From assembly GCA_030704615.1 (NCBI GenBank), contig CM060731.1:30132001-30196000 (forward strand): a DNA stretch of 64,000 bases, given 5' to 3'. The translations under genes were made by a program, and so were the position numbers. The notes beneath the pieces were generated by a model. It did no database searches. It had not been told where the DNA came from and saw nothing but the letters and a program-made list of their open reading frames with translations. Positions 49,703 through 64,000 of this stretch are shown here, piece after piece. Within the stretch, counting starts at the first letter, position 1. Each line of letters opens with the position of its first letter. This stretch comes from Takakia lepidozioides (lineage: Eukaryota > Plantae > Bryophyta).

Positions 49703-51926
49703 AGCTGGAAATGGAAAGAATGAGAAGAGAGGTGGTGTGAGGATGAGGATAGCTCACCCGATAGACGATAGACAAGCTTTTTCCCATGTAGTGAACCCTC
49801 TTAAATTCAGTTTCTGAGTTTCTGAATTTCTGAGAGAGACGCGTGCACACTGTTCAAAAGGAGACTTGGTAGATTTGGAAGGTGCCTGGCGGCCATGATG
49901 ACCATCACCAGATTTGCGATGCCTGGATATGATAATCACATGTGTGCGGTTAACAGAAGCTGAGTTGAAGAGGCGTACAGCAGCATGCTTGCTTCATGTG
50001 GCCATGCTCCAGCATGGATGCATTCTAAAGTTGGAAACGTAAGTTCTCCATCACTCCACTGCATAGAGATGTCAGCTGAAGTGCTGGCTATGGTCAGTCA
50101 CCAGCTTGTGTATCCTTTCTGCTGTACAACATTGACTCTATGCACTGTTTACGAGTTGGATCTGCCAGTAGATGCAGGGTGTACGTACGCACTCATTGAG
50201 ATTTATATGGAAAAGTGAAGGTAAAGCATCCATAGTGCAGTACTGTCCAGTGCTTCTTCTTTGTCCTGCGTTTTCTTTTCATGTCGTCGGCCTCCCTTTA
50301 GATCCTGTGTAGGTAGCCAGTCTTGTCTTGCTTACATTTCTTCCATTTCTAACTTCATTTTTCCTGGTCTTTGGTTCTACCTTCCTCCCAACCCTCGGAT
50401 CTGCTGAATCCACATGGATCAGTGTGAAGAAGCAGCGCATCACTGTGCTTGAATCAGTCCAAGTCATCACCTTTAAGTCTAAATCTCCTTCTATGAGACT
50501 TCCTAGATGATGTTACACTACAACCCAACTCAAATCATGGATGCTTTATCCACCAGCACGGCTTCAAACCGCAGACGTAACTATCAGCCTAGCTCGCACC
50601 GTCACGCCTTCGCTGACTCGCGCCTTCGTCTCTCTTTTGTGTGGACTGGAAGAAGGCTGCTACAAGAGACCAAGCTTGCAGCCACAGGCACAAAACTGTA
50701 CTGGAGGTTTGGTGTGGTACCCAATAGTATGCCCTAAACAGGCTGGAAAGTGCGGCTTCGTTCAGCTCTTCTGTGTGGTTTACCTACATCCCCTAAACAT
50801 CTGATTCTCATTCTACTCATTGATGCGAATTTTAAGGCTAATAAAAAAATAGAAAAACAGTAAAAATAAAGGCTAATATCAGATCCGGACTATGAACCAG
50901 GTGCTACTAAACTTCTACCACAGGTCATGCAAACATTACTTCATTATTCATACCCTTGCACAAATTTACAAGACTAGAATCCAATTCTGACTAAGACTTT
51001 TATTTATTTCAGGTTGGTTCAGGTTCCAAATTTTTATTTTCTAAGGGGGCCTGGTTGCAGAGCCCACAAAAGGGAGCTGGAAGAAACCAAATAAATTGTA
51101 TACCCCTTACCCTCCAGAGAGAGAAGAATCCGGCCAAAGCCGACGTAACTAAGAGTCACTTCGGCCTTACCCTCCATATATAGTCTCTCCAGGCGGTGGT
51201 GGAGCCTTCTAGAAGGAGGGCCCAGCCCCATCCTCCTTCTAGAAAACTCTAGAAGTAGAAGGAGGGCCCACGGCCTCATCCCATGCAGTATAAAAAAACA
51301 GTTGCATGCACTCCTACCTGCGAGCCCATTGGCCACTCCAACCACCTAACAGTATGGGTGTCCAAGTCCACTCAACTCACTTCCTTCCTCTCCAAGCCTC
51401 CCGCGATCCCACGCTATTGGTTGTTCCCACGGTGTCGGGTTTTTCTTAAGTATTAGCACTCGTATCAGTGTTTTTTTTTTCCATTTTTCCAAAATCGCAG
51501 GCGGGGCCAACGGTGAAGTCGACCAGTGCCCATGTGGCAAGAATAACAAGGTGACAGGGTTAGAAAAGTGGCTATATATCTTATATACCAGGTGGCATGT
51601 TTTAACTGGTCCACGTCGGCAAAATTAGGCTCCTGATATTCATCTGCTGGTGCTTTTCGGATTTTTACGCCCCCCCTACCTAATTCCTTTGTACAAGTAG
51701 CTGACCGATTTTCCAGGTCAAAATCTGGCGATTTTTTGCCAGAAATAAAACACTGACTCGTATCAGCTAGTATCACAAAACCACAAAATTGTATGAGAAC
51801 CACCTCTTCCCTACTACCCAAATCTGACATTTTTCAATAGTCAAGATCGCATCAAGGAGGCGGGACACAAAAAATGTGGACACATTGCCAAAGCAAGCCT
51901 ACTTAGAGAGAGAGAAGGGCGGCGGC

Positions 51927-52345
51927 AATTTTACAACAATACATGTAGAACATTTATGGGCTGTATGGTGTGCAATTTTACAGCAATACATGTAGAACAT
52001 TTGTGGCTGTATGGTGTGCCATTTTACAGCAATACATGTAGAACATTTATGGGCTGTATGGTGTGCCATTTTACAGCAATACATGTAGAACATTTATGGG
52101 CTGCATGGTGTGCAATTTTACAACAATACATGAAGAACATTTATGGGCTGTATGGTGTGCAATTTTACAGCTATACATGTAGAACATTTATGGGCTGTAT
52201 GGTGTGCAATTTTACAACAATACATGTAGAACATTTCTGGGCTGTATGGTGTGCAATTTTACAGCAATACATGTAGAACATTTGTGGCTGTATGGTGTGC
52301 CATTTTACAGCAATACATGTAGAACATTTATGGGCTGTATGGTTT
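51927..52345. repeat. 47-bp minisatellite, ~9 copies
   Basis: AATTTTACAGCAATACATGTAGAACATTTATGGGCTGTATGGTGTGC repeated head-to-tail without spacers. Confidence 0.95.
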
Positions 52346-52390
52346 GACTTGACCGGGAAGGCCTAGTACCTTCTAGTGGAAGGTGGATAC

Positions 52391-53068
52391 CAGTGTTGGG
52401 CGGTTATTTGATTTCTTTCGTAACCTCCGATTCCGGTTTTACAAAATATTAGGATCAAAGAACCTCTGGTTCTGGTTTTTTCATATATTTTTTATGGAAA
52501 GAACCATCGGTTCGGGTTAATTGTAAGAGCATGCCCAGCAGGTGCTCTCCCCCTATCTTCAAAATAGCACTGTCACCGGATCACGCGTCCCCAGCAACAC
52601 AATCTGGCGCTTCAAAATGGTGAGCATCACCAAGTTTGGTCCCACTCTGCCCTATCTAGAGCGTGTTTGGAGCGTGGCATTCTCCCCCCCTACCTACCCA
52701 TGGTCACCTCAGCCTGCCGCCATTACTCTACTATAGATATGGTGGGTTGCTGCTGGGGCTCTTGCCGACCCAGGCACTATCTACCTGCCTGCCGCACCAT
52801 ACACCTCACTAACTAATTTACTGATAGAGTGGCAGTTTAGTGAGCCATGGCTAGGCATGCTCTAAAAATCTCAAAGAACCGGCGGTTTTCATCAAATAAC
52901 CAGCGGGTCTTTGGCGGATTTCAGGCTGGTTATCTCAAAACTACGTAACCGACGGTTATAAGCCTTTGCCGGTTCTTTGTTTTTTTTAGAACCACGGTTA
53001 TATATCCATATAACCTTCTTGATAACCACCGAGGGTTTGTAGCTAAATCAAAGAACCTCCCAACACTG
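52391..53068. mobile_element. hAT-type MITE
   Basis: TIR CAGTGTTGGG/CCCAACACTG; 8-bp TSD GTGGATAC/GTGGGTAC (1 mismatch). Confidence 0.85.
52527..52862. mobile_element. PIF/Harbinger (Tourist-like) MITE nested in the hAT MITE
   Basis: TIR GAGCATGCCCAG/CTAGGCATGCTC; TAA TSD at 52524-52526 and 52863-52865. Confidence 0.85.
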
Positions 53069-53226
53069 GTGGGTACGGGACACCTGCCAACATGCAGTTT
53101 GAACCCACAAGTGAGGCAGTTTTACCCTTACCACTCAGCTAAATGTTGGTTGTTTGGGGACGCATAGTTGTAACTATGAACCCTCATTTTGCTATGCCGT
53201 TCCATACACAATTATATGGTACATAC

Positions 53227-54030
53227 CAGTGTTGGCCGGGTACCATGTTTTGAGCCCTCTTCCGGTCCGGTTATGGCCTACTCCTTGAAAAAAATGGATG
53301 GCCGGGGCATGGTATATCAATAGGTTTGAAAAAACATCTCGGTTACGGGTTCTCATTAAACACATGAATTTTTTCTTGTCCGGTTCTCAATCTACCGGTT
53401 ATGCCATCTTAAAAATTGCCGGTTCCATGGTACCGGTTATGGGACTCATCCATTTTTATATTCTTACTTTCTCTAGCATTTTTGTGTATGTGTGTGAAAG
53501 TACACAACAGGGCTGTGGCCTGGTGGTAAGCCACTAGTGGATTGGCATGTGGGTCTCGAGTTCAAACGTTCAACCCCTATCATCTATCTCATTGCCTTCA
53601 GGCTGCCCCTATAATACACTAAGTTTATAACTATTGTTTAGCCAAATGCCCAACTAATTAATTTCCTATTTACTTGGACATCCTCGATGTTGTGCACGTA
53701 ATCTCCCCAACCATTGTAAACGTAAGACATAATCAGGATCTGTCCATCTGCAATAATCTTAACTACCATCACCCTACCATCACCAACCCCTATACCTATA
53801 TTATCTAGAACCGCCGCTACGCCATCCCCATTTGCTCCGGATCCTGCTCCGGGTATAACACCCTTACAATCACAATGCCGGTTCTCTAGCCGGTTCGGAA
53901 GCTTGATGGCTTTTGCCGGTTCCCTTCCATAGCCGGTTCCTCCGGGCCTGCACTTTCCGGGTATGCATGTGCATACCCGGCAAATAACCGCCGGGTATGC
54001 ATGTCCAGATGCCATACCCGGCCAACACCG
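53227..54030. mobile_element. hAT-type MITE
   Basis: TIR CAGTGTTGGCCGGGTA/TACCCGGCCAACACCG; perfect 8-bp TSD GTACATAC (53219-53226, 54031-54038). Confidence 0.9.
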
Positions 54031-55942
54031 GTACATACATTGTTTGTAATTCATGTGGATGAGAGAGCCTGGTCTCAGACAATAATTGATTGAATTCTAG
54101 CCGCCAACTACTCAACGCATTTTTACCCGGGGGTCTCAAATATTTTCCCCTAATAATTCGAAATATATCCGTCCCCTGTTTATTTTTTTTATTTTTTAAA
54201 GACATTTTATGCCCATAAAGGAAACTCTTGACAAAAGCTCCAGAATTTTGGATGATTTTAGATCCTGGTCTTGGGTGCATAGAAAGTGTTTTTAATTGGC
54301 AATGATGGGCTTTGGAAATTTTCTTAAGCCCCTACCTTCTTCAAGGTAACTTGTTTGATCCAGTGTCGTATGGAGGTTTTGCATTCGTAAAAACTTGACC
54401 TAATTTTTCCTTTGTATTTGGAGGTACCTTCCCGACCAGAACTTTCCTCCTGTTTTTGGAGGTACCTTATGGTATCTTACAAATTTGTAAGGCCCTGCTA
54501 GGTTGAGTTTTCACGTTGTAAGGCCCCGCTAGGTCGGGTTTTCACGTTGGGGAAGGCACTCCACTCAGGGCCTTCCCTACACATACCAAGGGGGGTTGAA
54601 CCGGATGCAAGAGATTATGCATGTCTCACAAGGGTGGGCCCGCTGTCAGCGTTGTCCCATGTCATTACCAAAAACTCACAGTTATGGGTTGTGTGCAAGG
54701 TGCTTCTCCTTCTCCTTTTTTCCCTGCTCCAAAAGGGGACCGTACCCCCAACAAAGCCTGTGAAGCCGCTATGTACCAGAGCAGGTAACAAACTTGTGCA
54801 CATCCACGCTTTAGGTTTGCCTACCTTGACCATTTTCAGGCGCATGGTCGGTGTGGTCGGTGAGATGCCGCTGACATTCCACCGTGTGCTACTCAACCTC
54901 CACCCACATGCTTAAGTATACCACGATGAGAACCTCTCTTAAATAAGTAAACCAAGGAACAAAAGGAAAACCAAGGAAACCCTAACAAGTAAGGGAAACC
55001 CTAATGAGTAAGCCAAGCAGGTCTGCTTGTCAAAATAGATTGGACCACCAACCTTAAACCTAGTGTGTGAAATCATCTGTAACCCTCATATGTAGCCCTC
55101 CAATTGGGCTTGTCACAAGATCCTTTTAAACTGGTATATTGCATGAGTGACAAACAATCATTCAGCTCCAAATTAGTAATGGCCCAGGTGCAATAGCTTT
55201 GGATTACTGAAGCCTAGCTGGTGTATCCTGTTGTAAACATCACTTTGAAAAGCCCCCTCACTAAATTGAACAGGTCCATGAACCGTGCCTGCATGTCACA
55301 TCTTCGGGTCTGATGGTGGAAAAACTGAAAATATCCTGATGCAGAACTGGTGGGTTAAGTCCACCGATACGTCGCTCTGAGGAGTTGAAACATCGCATCA
55401 AGTTATTGCCATGTTACAGTGCTTTCAGAAGAAACTTTGGACAGCAACTATTAATTTCCTCAGTCAATTGACCCACTACAATGCAATGGTCATGGACCCC
55501 AATTTGCTCTCGTATCCCCTCTTCCCCATTTCTGCGTAGTAGAAACTGAGACAAAGGTCTATGGCCCCAAGGTGCAAAGTTTCAACAGCACATCTCGTCC
55601 CATGCTCGTTTGTGTACCACCATCATACCGTTACAGCCTGAAAGAAGACAACTGGGCTGTACCAACTTCTTGAAGAAACACCACTGTATCCGCTCATGCC
55701 CACAGTTCAGCAATACATTACTCCGAGGTCTCAGGTAAGGAAGAGGATCGACATTCATCGTTAAAGATCTGTCTATTATAGACTTTCCACATGAAAGCCT
55801 CATCAGAACCATCAAAAAGTCCATAACAAGCTTGCATCTATGAGTCCAAATTTCCTTAAATTAATCCACGATCAGAGTGAAATAGATTGCACAAACTGTG
55901 GCCATGCCCATTCATGCCATCAATATCTCTCTCGCAGTTCCC

Positions 55943-58900
55943 TCAATTCAATCTCTCTTGGTCTCCGGAATCATCCTGATTGCTGTTAAAATCCACACCT
56001 GTGGTTGCTTGGTCTTGAATCGCCTCCAAGAAGGAAGCCACTGTGAAATTATCTGTGGGACAAAATCTGACAGGGATTTCAGCTTTCAAATTCTGCAAGA
56101 TGAATGTACAATTATAACAGGCATACATTGTAAAAGGCTTGCACGTATTCTAGCTATTCAGCACAGTGAGAACTAGCTTATTAGTCAACTCCATGCACTA
56201 AGCATAAGAACAGATAGAATGCATCCACCTTACCAGAAACTTTGCCAATTCAATTATCTGAATCCACTGAAGTTGGAGAGATCTAAAACAGTTGCCTCAC
56301 TGAAACAGAGGATAATTGATATCATCAATGAAGAGTGATGGGGAGTAATCGATTCGTCACAACAATCCAGAAATTGAAGCTCTCTAATCATTACCAAAAT
56401 GCCACCAACGGGCAATGTCTGCTTACTCCCTGCTGGACTTTAGGTGGTGACACAAGCAATTCCACCTGTTATTAGGATATGAACTTACATCGACTTGGAT
56501 CAATACCAAACTGAGACAGATCTATCTCCCCGCTCCGAAGCACCTGCTCAGTCATTGCACAATGCAATCCACATAAGGACGGAGTAAACTCCGGACTCAC
56601 AACCGCATGGAAAAGTGTAATCTAAACGTGATGGGGGTCAGCCACCAAGTATTAGGCCATCGACATGCACAGCAGTGAGTAGCTGCTACACCTCCCCACT
56701 GATTTTATCAGCTCCCAGAAGTCAATGTGGTTTTATTACTGCTTGGGGCAAATGGGCAAATGTTTATACCAAGTGTCTTGTACCCTGTTTCTGTTCCAGT
56801 TGTTTTTGGGGAGGCAGGGAAACTCAGTCATGATGTTGGCTAGCACTTGTGAGGAACTAGAGTCTTCGTCCAAGCAGAACAAGCTTTTGAAGAGACTACA
56901 CGAACCTAAACCAAGCCTATGAAAAACATACTCATTTCATGGTTTTCTTCGAAATGGCTGGAGACCCTCTCAAAATAAAGACCCAAAGTGATGAAAAAAG
57001 ATATACATCTGAGGGCAGAGTAAACTCCAAAATCGCATTGCACAACACAGCAGAAATTCTAACTGACACTTGGACATTGTAACCTGCAACACCGCACAGC
57101 CTTGCACCAAGCAAATTCAATATACCACAGATGCAGATAGACTGGTTCACCTGAGTGAATGCATCAAGTTGTTGATGAAATTGTGGGCTTTGCATCAACT
57201 CGGCAATTGCCGCTGTAGTCCGAACACCCTGCAACTTCCTTCTGTGAGGACCACACGAAGGCTTGATAATTCAACTGTTTCATAAGCCTTCTGTTCTCAT
57301 TTTGAACGACAGTTCAAAGTAACCAACTTTGTCAAACCTTTGATTATATGCCGACAATGGCTACTGCCTATAGGCCACAAGAAAGATAGGCAAAAAGAAG
57401 AGAAGAAAAGCAACAGGGACAGTCATTGAGGGCAGGACACAAGCAGAGATGCAGACAGATTTCAAGGATAAGAGAGAAGAGAAAAACGAAGACTGTGTCA
57501 ACAAACAAGTCTGAAGTGTTACATGCGCCTAAGACTTGGGGGGGCATATTCAGGAGGAGAAGTTTGTATGTATGTGTGAGAGAGAGAACTCGGCTGAGGA
57601 GCAGTGTAAAGGCCGGTAGTTCTTGGTTCGCCAAACCAACAATCGAAATTTTTGGTTTACAGAGTGCGATTCCTCATCAAACAACTAATAAAACAGATCG
57701 ACTTGTTAGAATTTGCTTGTTTTCGCCTTGATGCAATGGGGAGAGGAGTTGCGAGGGGGTAACAGAGAGACATGATGATGGTATATTCATTAAACTATGC
57801 TTACCACAGCCTCATGGCACCAGTGCCCCTGTTTAGACAGCCATTGGGGGGGAGGGGTGGGGAAGAAAGCAAGGACAAAAAAGGGAGAGACCTCCGGTAA
57901 GTAGGGAGCAAGTCGCTCTTCCAGATTGAGGTTTTCCAATAGTGGAACAACGACATCAGGTTTCAGAAGCTCTGAAAAACCTGGACCTGCGACACCCATC
58001 CTCAGATAACATTATTTCACAACTAACAATTCCACTCCCAGATATACTGCCTTTCAGTACTATTCAAGGCCCATCCTTATCCTAACTTCAAGAAGTATGA
58101 TGCCCTGTCCCAGTCAAAAAAGCCTACATCAGACTTGCAAAATAGCTGCAATGACATCACATGGTTCACCAGTCACCAGGACATTAACGCAGTCAAACAC
58201 AGGGTATCAAAGCAGTGTCAAGGCAAGACCTCCATGTATCATGAAAAACTCTCCCATTCACAGGATCTACATCCATGATCAGCCAAGGGTCCAAAAGAAC
58301 ATAGAATGCATCTGAGTGCAAGAACAAACCTGTGTCAATCGCCATGGCTATAGCGTGTTCTGCAATGCAAGCAGCACACAAAGCACTAGACCTTTAACCC
58401 CGGAAAAGCAGACTGAAGCATGAGATAATATATTTCTAATCTTACATTGTAGACTTGGAATCTAATGGATGGACTCAAACATCCACAGACAGAGAGAAGT
58501 GAAGTATGGAAGTTATCGTATCACATAGCTAGGGGGCCCAGGCTACAGTCCAACAACCATACGACCAAAACAAGTTAAAGTCTTTGTTACTGTCTTCATT
58601 CATTAAAAGATGGGAAGACACTGAGAAGGGTAGGATGAGAGAACCACTGGTTTGCCCAATCCCGCTCAGTATGCGCTGAAGGTCTGCCAGCTGGACCACC
58701 CCAGTACTGGTGCCTGCTGACATGTCAAATGATGCAGTTTGCGCTCCTGAGGCCATGTCTCTGGAATAGCACCAAAGGTGTTTCTTAGAGGTTTGGAATA
58801 AAAATAGTAAGTTACAGACAAACTCAGTTCAGAAGTTCCGAGATCTACCTCGATGAAGCTTCAACTTCAAGTCCCTCACCACCTTCTGAGGCATCTGAGA

Positions 58901-61900
58901 GTGGCTGAGGAGAGGAATCTTCAGGCTCATCCTCTCCCTCAATCTCTGCAATAAAGAGTACAGGCATTGCTTGTTACAAGCAAACTTTCCACACTAACCC
59001 ACAAATCCTCTCCAAATAACGGTGAAAGGAGCATTTTGTACCTGGCTAGTAAAGATGCAAATAGAACACAAGGAGCTCATCACTACATTGGAGTCAAACA
59101 CAGGTTATCCAGCACACACAGCATGTTTCCTCGATATTCAAAAGACCCTGAACTAAGATACAGGAGAAACATGAGTAGGCTGCAATCTAGTAGTGGATAG
59201 TAAAAAGATTTCCTGTACAGAATGGCAAGCCCATGGAAGAAACAAAGCTCTCACCCATGGAGGGAAAAAATTCTCTTTATGTCAGGTGCTAATGGTTAGC
59301 TTACCAAGTGGGCGGTCGAGGTGATGCATAACAATGTTGCAAATATCTGCATCATGCTCTGGTTTTGCTTCCTACCCCCCACACAATTTCACCCAGACAC
59401 TCAGGCCATTACAAAAACAGAAACTAGTGGCGTGTGGATCCTCATGGTAAGGTCATCTGTCTAGTACTGCAAAGCCAACCAACTATACACCTTTTTCCAC
59501 AGAAGCATGCTTTGCTGGAAACGGAGCTGCAGGTAAAACAGCTGCACGAGCAGTACCTGGGAGATGAGGTGTAGCAACAGATGCAATGGAGTGCCCACAC
59601 ATTTGTATACCAGGCTACAATACATGACCAAGCACAAGATCCTTCAATTATAGCATCTGCATTAGAATAAAGACAGATATTCTACAAGTTGCAATGCCTG
59701 CAAAAGTTGGGACCAACACAACCTGTGCTGCCAACCAGGATACACCTACCTGCATCCAGAAGAACAACTTGCGGTCGTCGTGTTTAAATTTCAAGATATA
59801 GACACGCCCTGAAGATTGTCCCACCTAATATCCCACCACAGCACCCAAAGAGAGAGCACAATTAGAATACCCATCACACGTCCGTGTTTCACCCTGACTT
59901 CCCTGAGGATTGACTCAATACTACAGGCCTGCCCTTCCCTTCTCCCACAAGTTACTTCCACACTCAAGTTTGGGAGTAGTCTTCTGCCATCCTCACTAGG
60001 TGTAGTCCAGATGATGGACCTTCTTCGACTATCTTGAAGATAGCAGATTCGACACATTTTGATTTCGTGAAACATTCAATAAACCACATCCAAATGACTT
60101 TACGCACAAGAGACATCCCTTAAATAATTGAAAAAATGGCAGAGGATGCAAGAGGGATTTAGAATCAAAGACACAGCACCTTCTGGTATATCAAATGTCT
60201 AGATATCCTCCAGATATCTCCACACTTGAATTTAAATGTGACCCAAAAAGAAGTACTGAGGAGATCTAATCTTTAGTTAGGGCTTTCAGGAGAAACAAAC
60301 TGTGTGGACAACCTAACTTATACTTAGTGGGAGCCTCGTGGCTTACCATCCTGAATATAGTATCTGATTCCTTTCTTTGGAACTATTGTCCAGAGGTTTG
60401 GTCTAGGTTTCTGTGCCTGGGATATGATGGCATACTCCTTAAAGTAGCAGACAACATGACTGTAGGTTGTTGATGCCACTGTCAGGAGCTGACGAAGTCG
60501 GTGGGGAAATGATGGTGGCTTGTCACTACCATGCATGTTGTTGTTCTTCTTGGTCCAGGATTGGTGAGAGACAGTCACCAAGTCTATACCACTATTCTCA
60601 GTTTATGGGTTCAGTATGAATCTGTGGTCCTTGTTTTGTTTGTATCCTTGTCTATTTTGTCCTTCCTTGTTTTTCTTTCTATTTTTTTTTTCTCGTCTCT
60701 GCTTTTCTTTTCTTTGAGATCTCGGGATTGCAAACTTTTGAGGTATAAAAGTTACCTTCTCAAAGGACGCTTCCTCCGGAAATATGATCATGTCCTGTAA
60801 TTGAGTTGATTAAGGAGGACCCAAATATCATTAGGTTTCACCTTATCTCACGCAAGGACTGCTCTTCCAGCACAATCACCAATTGCAACATGCCAACCTT
60901 CTTTCTAACCCCCTTTGACTTAGAATGTTAAGATTTCCATGGCCACCAGAAAATGACGAGCATCTCTAGAACTAAAAATCAACACAGGATTTATGAGCTT
61001 AAGCAAGAGAGACTCAGAGTTGGTACTAGAGCCACAGTCCAGGATACATCCTCCAACAAATTTGAATTGCGATCCCACCACTGAAAGTGGGTAAGGGTGT
61101 CCTCTGCCTGCAATAATACAAATTCATCAGATGCACAAATCTTACCTGGATTTTCCCTGAAAGAACAGCCTATGCTTACATTGAATAGCTGAACACATGA
61201 ACGGCTGCACAGCAAACACTTGGCCTTCAACTCAATGCCTGTCTATCTCTGATTGCTACAATCAACCTTGGCAACAACCCGAGCAGCTAAACTCTCTCCA
61301 GAGATAAATGCATTCCTACTTGGAGGGTTTAACCTAAATCTAGCTTTCATGTATGTCCAACCCACAATGCTTGTTACATAGGGAATACTTTTGCTAAAAT
61401 GAGACAAAAACATTGTTTATCCAAACAGAAGTATTTAATGATACTTCTCATAAACCATGCAAACAGTAGAGAGGAGTGCAACACTTGCTTTGCTCTTCTT
61501 CCAATACTTGTTAAACCATACAGCCATCCAGTTTTGTGCAAATGATAATGCAGAAATTCTATATAAAACCTCTACACAAGGGTCAGTAAATCCACATGAC
61601 ACCACTTTTGGTCCTGTTCCTAACCTAACCCTAGCAGCCCTGGCCTGGAATACTGCTGCTTAACTACAACCCAAAACTTCACATGGATAAAGCAGGTGAA
61701 GTTACAAGATGAGTGCACTCACCCATACACCCCTGACAGTGCTTGAAACTTGAAATTCACACAAAACTGTTCTACTTGGAAAATCGAGTCTTCAAAATGT
61801 AGCTAGCACCCTGGACCTTTCAACTACCTTGTCCCTGACATATTTCAAATACTCCTTTGTGTTGGTTGATCAAGTTGGCCCCATTGCCAATTCATATTCT

Positions 61901-62716
61901 GCTATAAATAGGCCACCCCTGAAAGGGGTAATAGCTGTAGTTACGCCACTGCGGTTGGAGTCTTCTTTTTTTTCTGCTAGGAAATTCTACAAAGTTATGG
62001 AAATTGAGGAGGAAAAGACACTTCACCTTCACAAGCCTCACCAGCCCTTTCCTTGGATCAGGAACAACTCGCGTCCCACTTGCTACCATTTTACCAGCAC
62101 GGAATTCAAAGAGAGCTTCCTGTTATTTTCAATTAAAATATGGTCAATTGACTAAATCTTTCATCCAGACCTACTTTGAATGTCCTAATAATCCATCTCT
62201 GTGCTTCAAGAAACTTCACACCCATGATCTTGATTGTCTGGATGCACGTGGTCTGTGGTTATTTGGGCTTAAAAGTTAGAAATCGGCACTTTCTTGGAGT
62301 ACGTCAGCTTTCCTCAAAATTTGACAGTGGCGAACAGCATCAATCAAATGCTGTGCTTACTTGTATTCAAAATTTCTCATCGATGAGCAAGAACCAAACA
62401 TTCCCCGATTTTTCCCAATGGCTACCAGGTACTATTTGCACCAATGACCTAAAACGCGAGTACTAGGTGAAAATACTGTCGGCACCTTGAGTGTTAAGAC
62501 TTGCAAGTTGCGAGAACCAGGGGCTCAGGTGTGAGCACCCTAATTGTTTGTGACTCTTGTTGTTAAGGACCCACACGTAAAGCCTAATTTGCGCTCGTGG
62601 TGAAACGAGGTTCATAACAACATCTGTCGAATCTCCATCCAACTTAAGAACCACATTACCTGGTTTGGCAATTCTGGGATTGGAGACCCGAACGATGGCC
62701 TCGGTGTCAGCCCCAT
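55943..62716 (-). CDS. RPN13: 26S proteasome ubiquitin receptor RPN13 (Pru domain plus C-terminal UCH-binding region), multi-exon
   Basis: Spliced exons read MGLTPRP...NQ | [11 protein letters not shown]...[12 protein letters not shown] | [13 protein letters not shown] | [13 protein letters not shown] | [13 protein letters not shown]...FFWMQ | ... | QLADLQRIL | [16 protein letters not shown] | [16 protein letters not shown] | [13 protein letters not shown], with GT-AG boundaries. Confidence 0.92.
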
Positions 62717-63249
62717 GGCAGTTCCTCTCCCCTACCAATCAGTGTAGATAGCAGCTGGATGCCTCCTACACATCCTCCAACTTCATCAAAAACCTCTCCA
62801 GCATACCAGGATATACAACGAATTGCTTCTTGCACCCGCGTCAGGGAAGCAGGTCACACGCATTCCGCTATCCGAATTTTCTAATCCCCGCAATAACTCA
62901 ATTCAATCTCTCAATTGGCCCCTTCCTGAAACGACAGGCGAGGTCACAGACTTCAAGAACACCAGAGATCAAATTCATCTCAAAACACGGACCACATGTT
63001 AAGTAGCTTCATATCAGAAAGAGCCAGCGAGACAAACAGCAAGAAATTACCACAGAAGAGGTCAGAGAAACCTCCACCACTTCAAGAACAGAAAAAACTT
63101 GAAAAAGGCACACGTTCAAGCACAATCTGACACCTTACCAGAAACAATGAGAGACGAGACAGCAGAAATGCGACCTAAATCTGTCGATTTCTCACAAGCA
63201 AGGGCCGGGCCTTCTCAAACGCACAAGAGCGGGGGAAAAGGAAGTGAGG

Positions 63250-63858
63250 CAGCGTTTTCTCTATTGGCGAATTTTCGCCAGATTTCGACCTCAAAAAATA
63301 AAATAGAATATTCTGTCGTAAATTCCCTATTCTTTCATGGATGAAATCGCCAAATTTCCCAAATACAAAATAAAAAATGGATGAATTCGCCAAATATGGA
63401 TGACATAAATGGATTGAAATACATAAATGGATGAAATTAAGTAGATGAACAGAATGTACCGCTATTTTTTGCAAACCTCTGGAGCCACTCGTGCTGTTTT
63501 CCAGATTTCTTGAAGAAAACACTGTGAGGGGCGTCCTCTCGAGATACACGCGACATCTCTCAATTTTCAGTGTTTTTATTTCAGGCGAAATTTCGCACTT
63601 TTTCGACCTCAAAATAAAACGAATATTCTGTCGTAAATTCGTAAATTCCCTATTTTCTCATGGATGAAATCGCCAAAATTCGCCCAAAAAAAATAAACTG
63701 GGGATGAATTCGCCTAATATGGATGATATACATGGATGAAATTACAGAGGAGGATGATTCTGTCCAAATTTCAGTGGATGAACAGAAAATATGGCTATTT
63801 CCTGCAAAACTCAGTAGCCACTCCTGTTATTTTCCAAATTCGAGAAAAAAAAACACTG
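63250..63858. mobile_element. Two adjacent related CAG(T/C)GTTTT...AAAACACTG MITEs (63250-63524, 63568-63858) in a probable RPN13 5' intron
   Basis: Shared internal TTCGACCTCAAAA...GGATGAAATCGCCAAA sequence; first copy flanked by TGAGG on both sides. Confidence 0.7.
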
Positions 63859-63940
63859 CTCTCAAATGGTCGGAGTCCACCAGCCGGTCCTGTGTTCGAA
63901 TCCAAAGGCGAGTCCATGCTCTTTTTCTCACCGTCAAGGT

Positions 63941-64000
63941 TAGGGTTTAGGGTTAAGACGGGCTCTACTCTCTTTATCTCCCTCTTTCTCTCTCTCTCTC
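63941..64000 (-). promoter_or_regulatory. Telo-box (AAACCCTA) and GA-repeat in the likely RPN13 5'UTR
   Basis: TAGGGTTT at 63941-63948 next to a minus-strand GTGAG donor (~63931), followed by a CT/GA tract. Confidence 0.5.

Noticed and set aside
51927-52345. CRISPR-like regular repeat
   Set aside because: Units are contiguous with no unique spacers, in a eukaryotic context; a plain minisatellite.

Overview
Eukaryotic nuclear DNA, most likely from a non-seed land plant (inferred from spliceosomal introns, abundant PLS-class PPR fragments and element types). About 1-44.6 kb is transposon- and pseudogene-rich. About 45-64 kb holds two intact minus-strand genes, a GH32 invertase and RPN13, separated by MITEs and a minisatellite. 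The main result is a Mutator-like (MULE) DNA transposon family with short TIRs. Its large copy (~15 kb, 10-bp TSD AGAAGCGCTC) carries three things: (1) a Zn-finger/DDE/SWIM transposase; (2) a divergently oriented, intron-containing gene with a ParB/Srx-like N-terminal domain and a C-terminal amino (N6A/N4C) DNA-methyltransferase-like domain; (3) two orphan ORFs. Its non-coding DNA and introns are dense with the palindrome TTCGGCGCCGAA. An 18.3-kb inversion (18980-37290) splits this copy and also an L1-like LINE; re-inverting the segment restores both. A second, internally deleted relative (6263-11877, 9-bp TSD) lost both protein cores but kept large palindrome arrays. Also present: decayed PPR-DYW genes interleaved with OSB-type PDF (ssDNA-binding) motifs, and a retroelement fragment whose protease is followed by the start of a C5 cytosine-methyltransferase motif. 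All domain calls come from reading motifs by eye; no database search was run.
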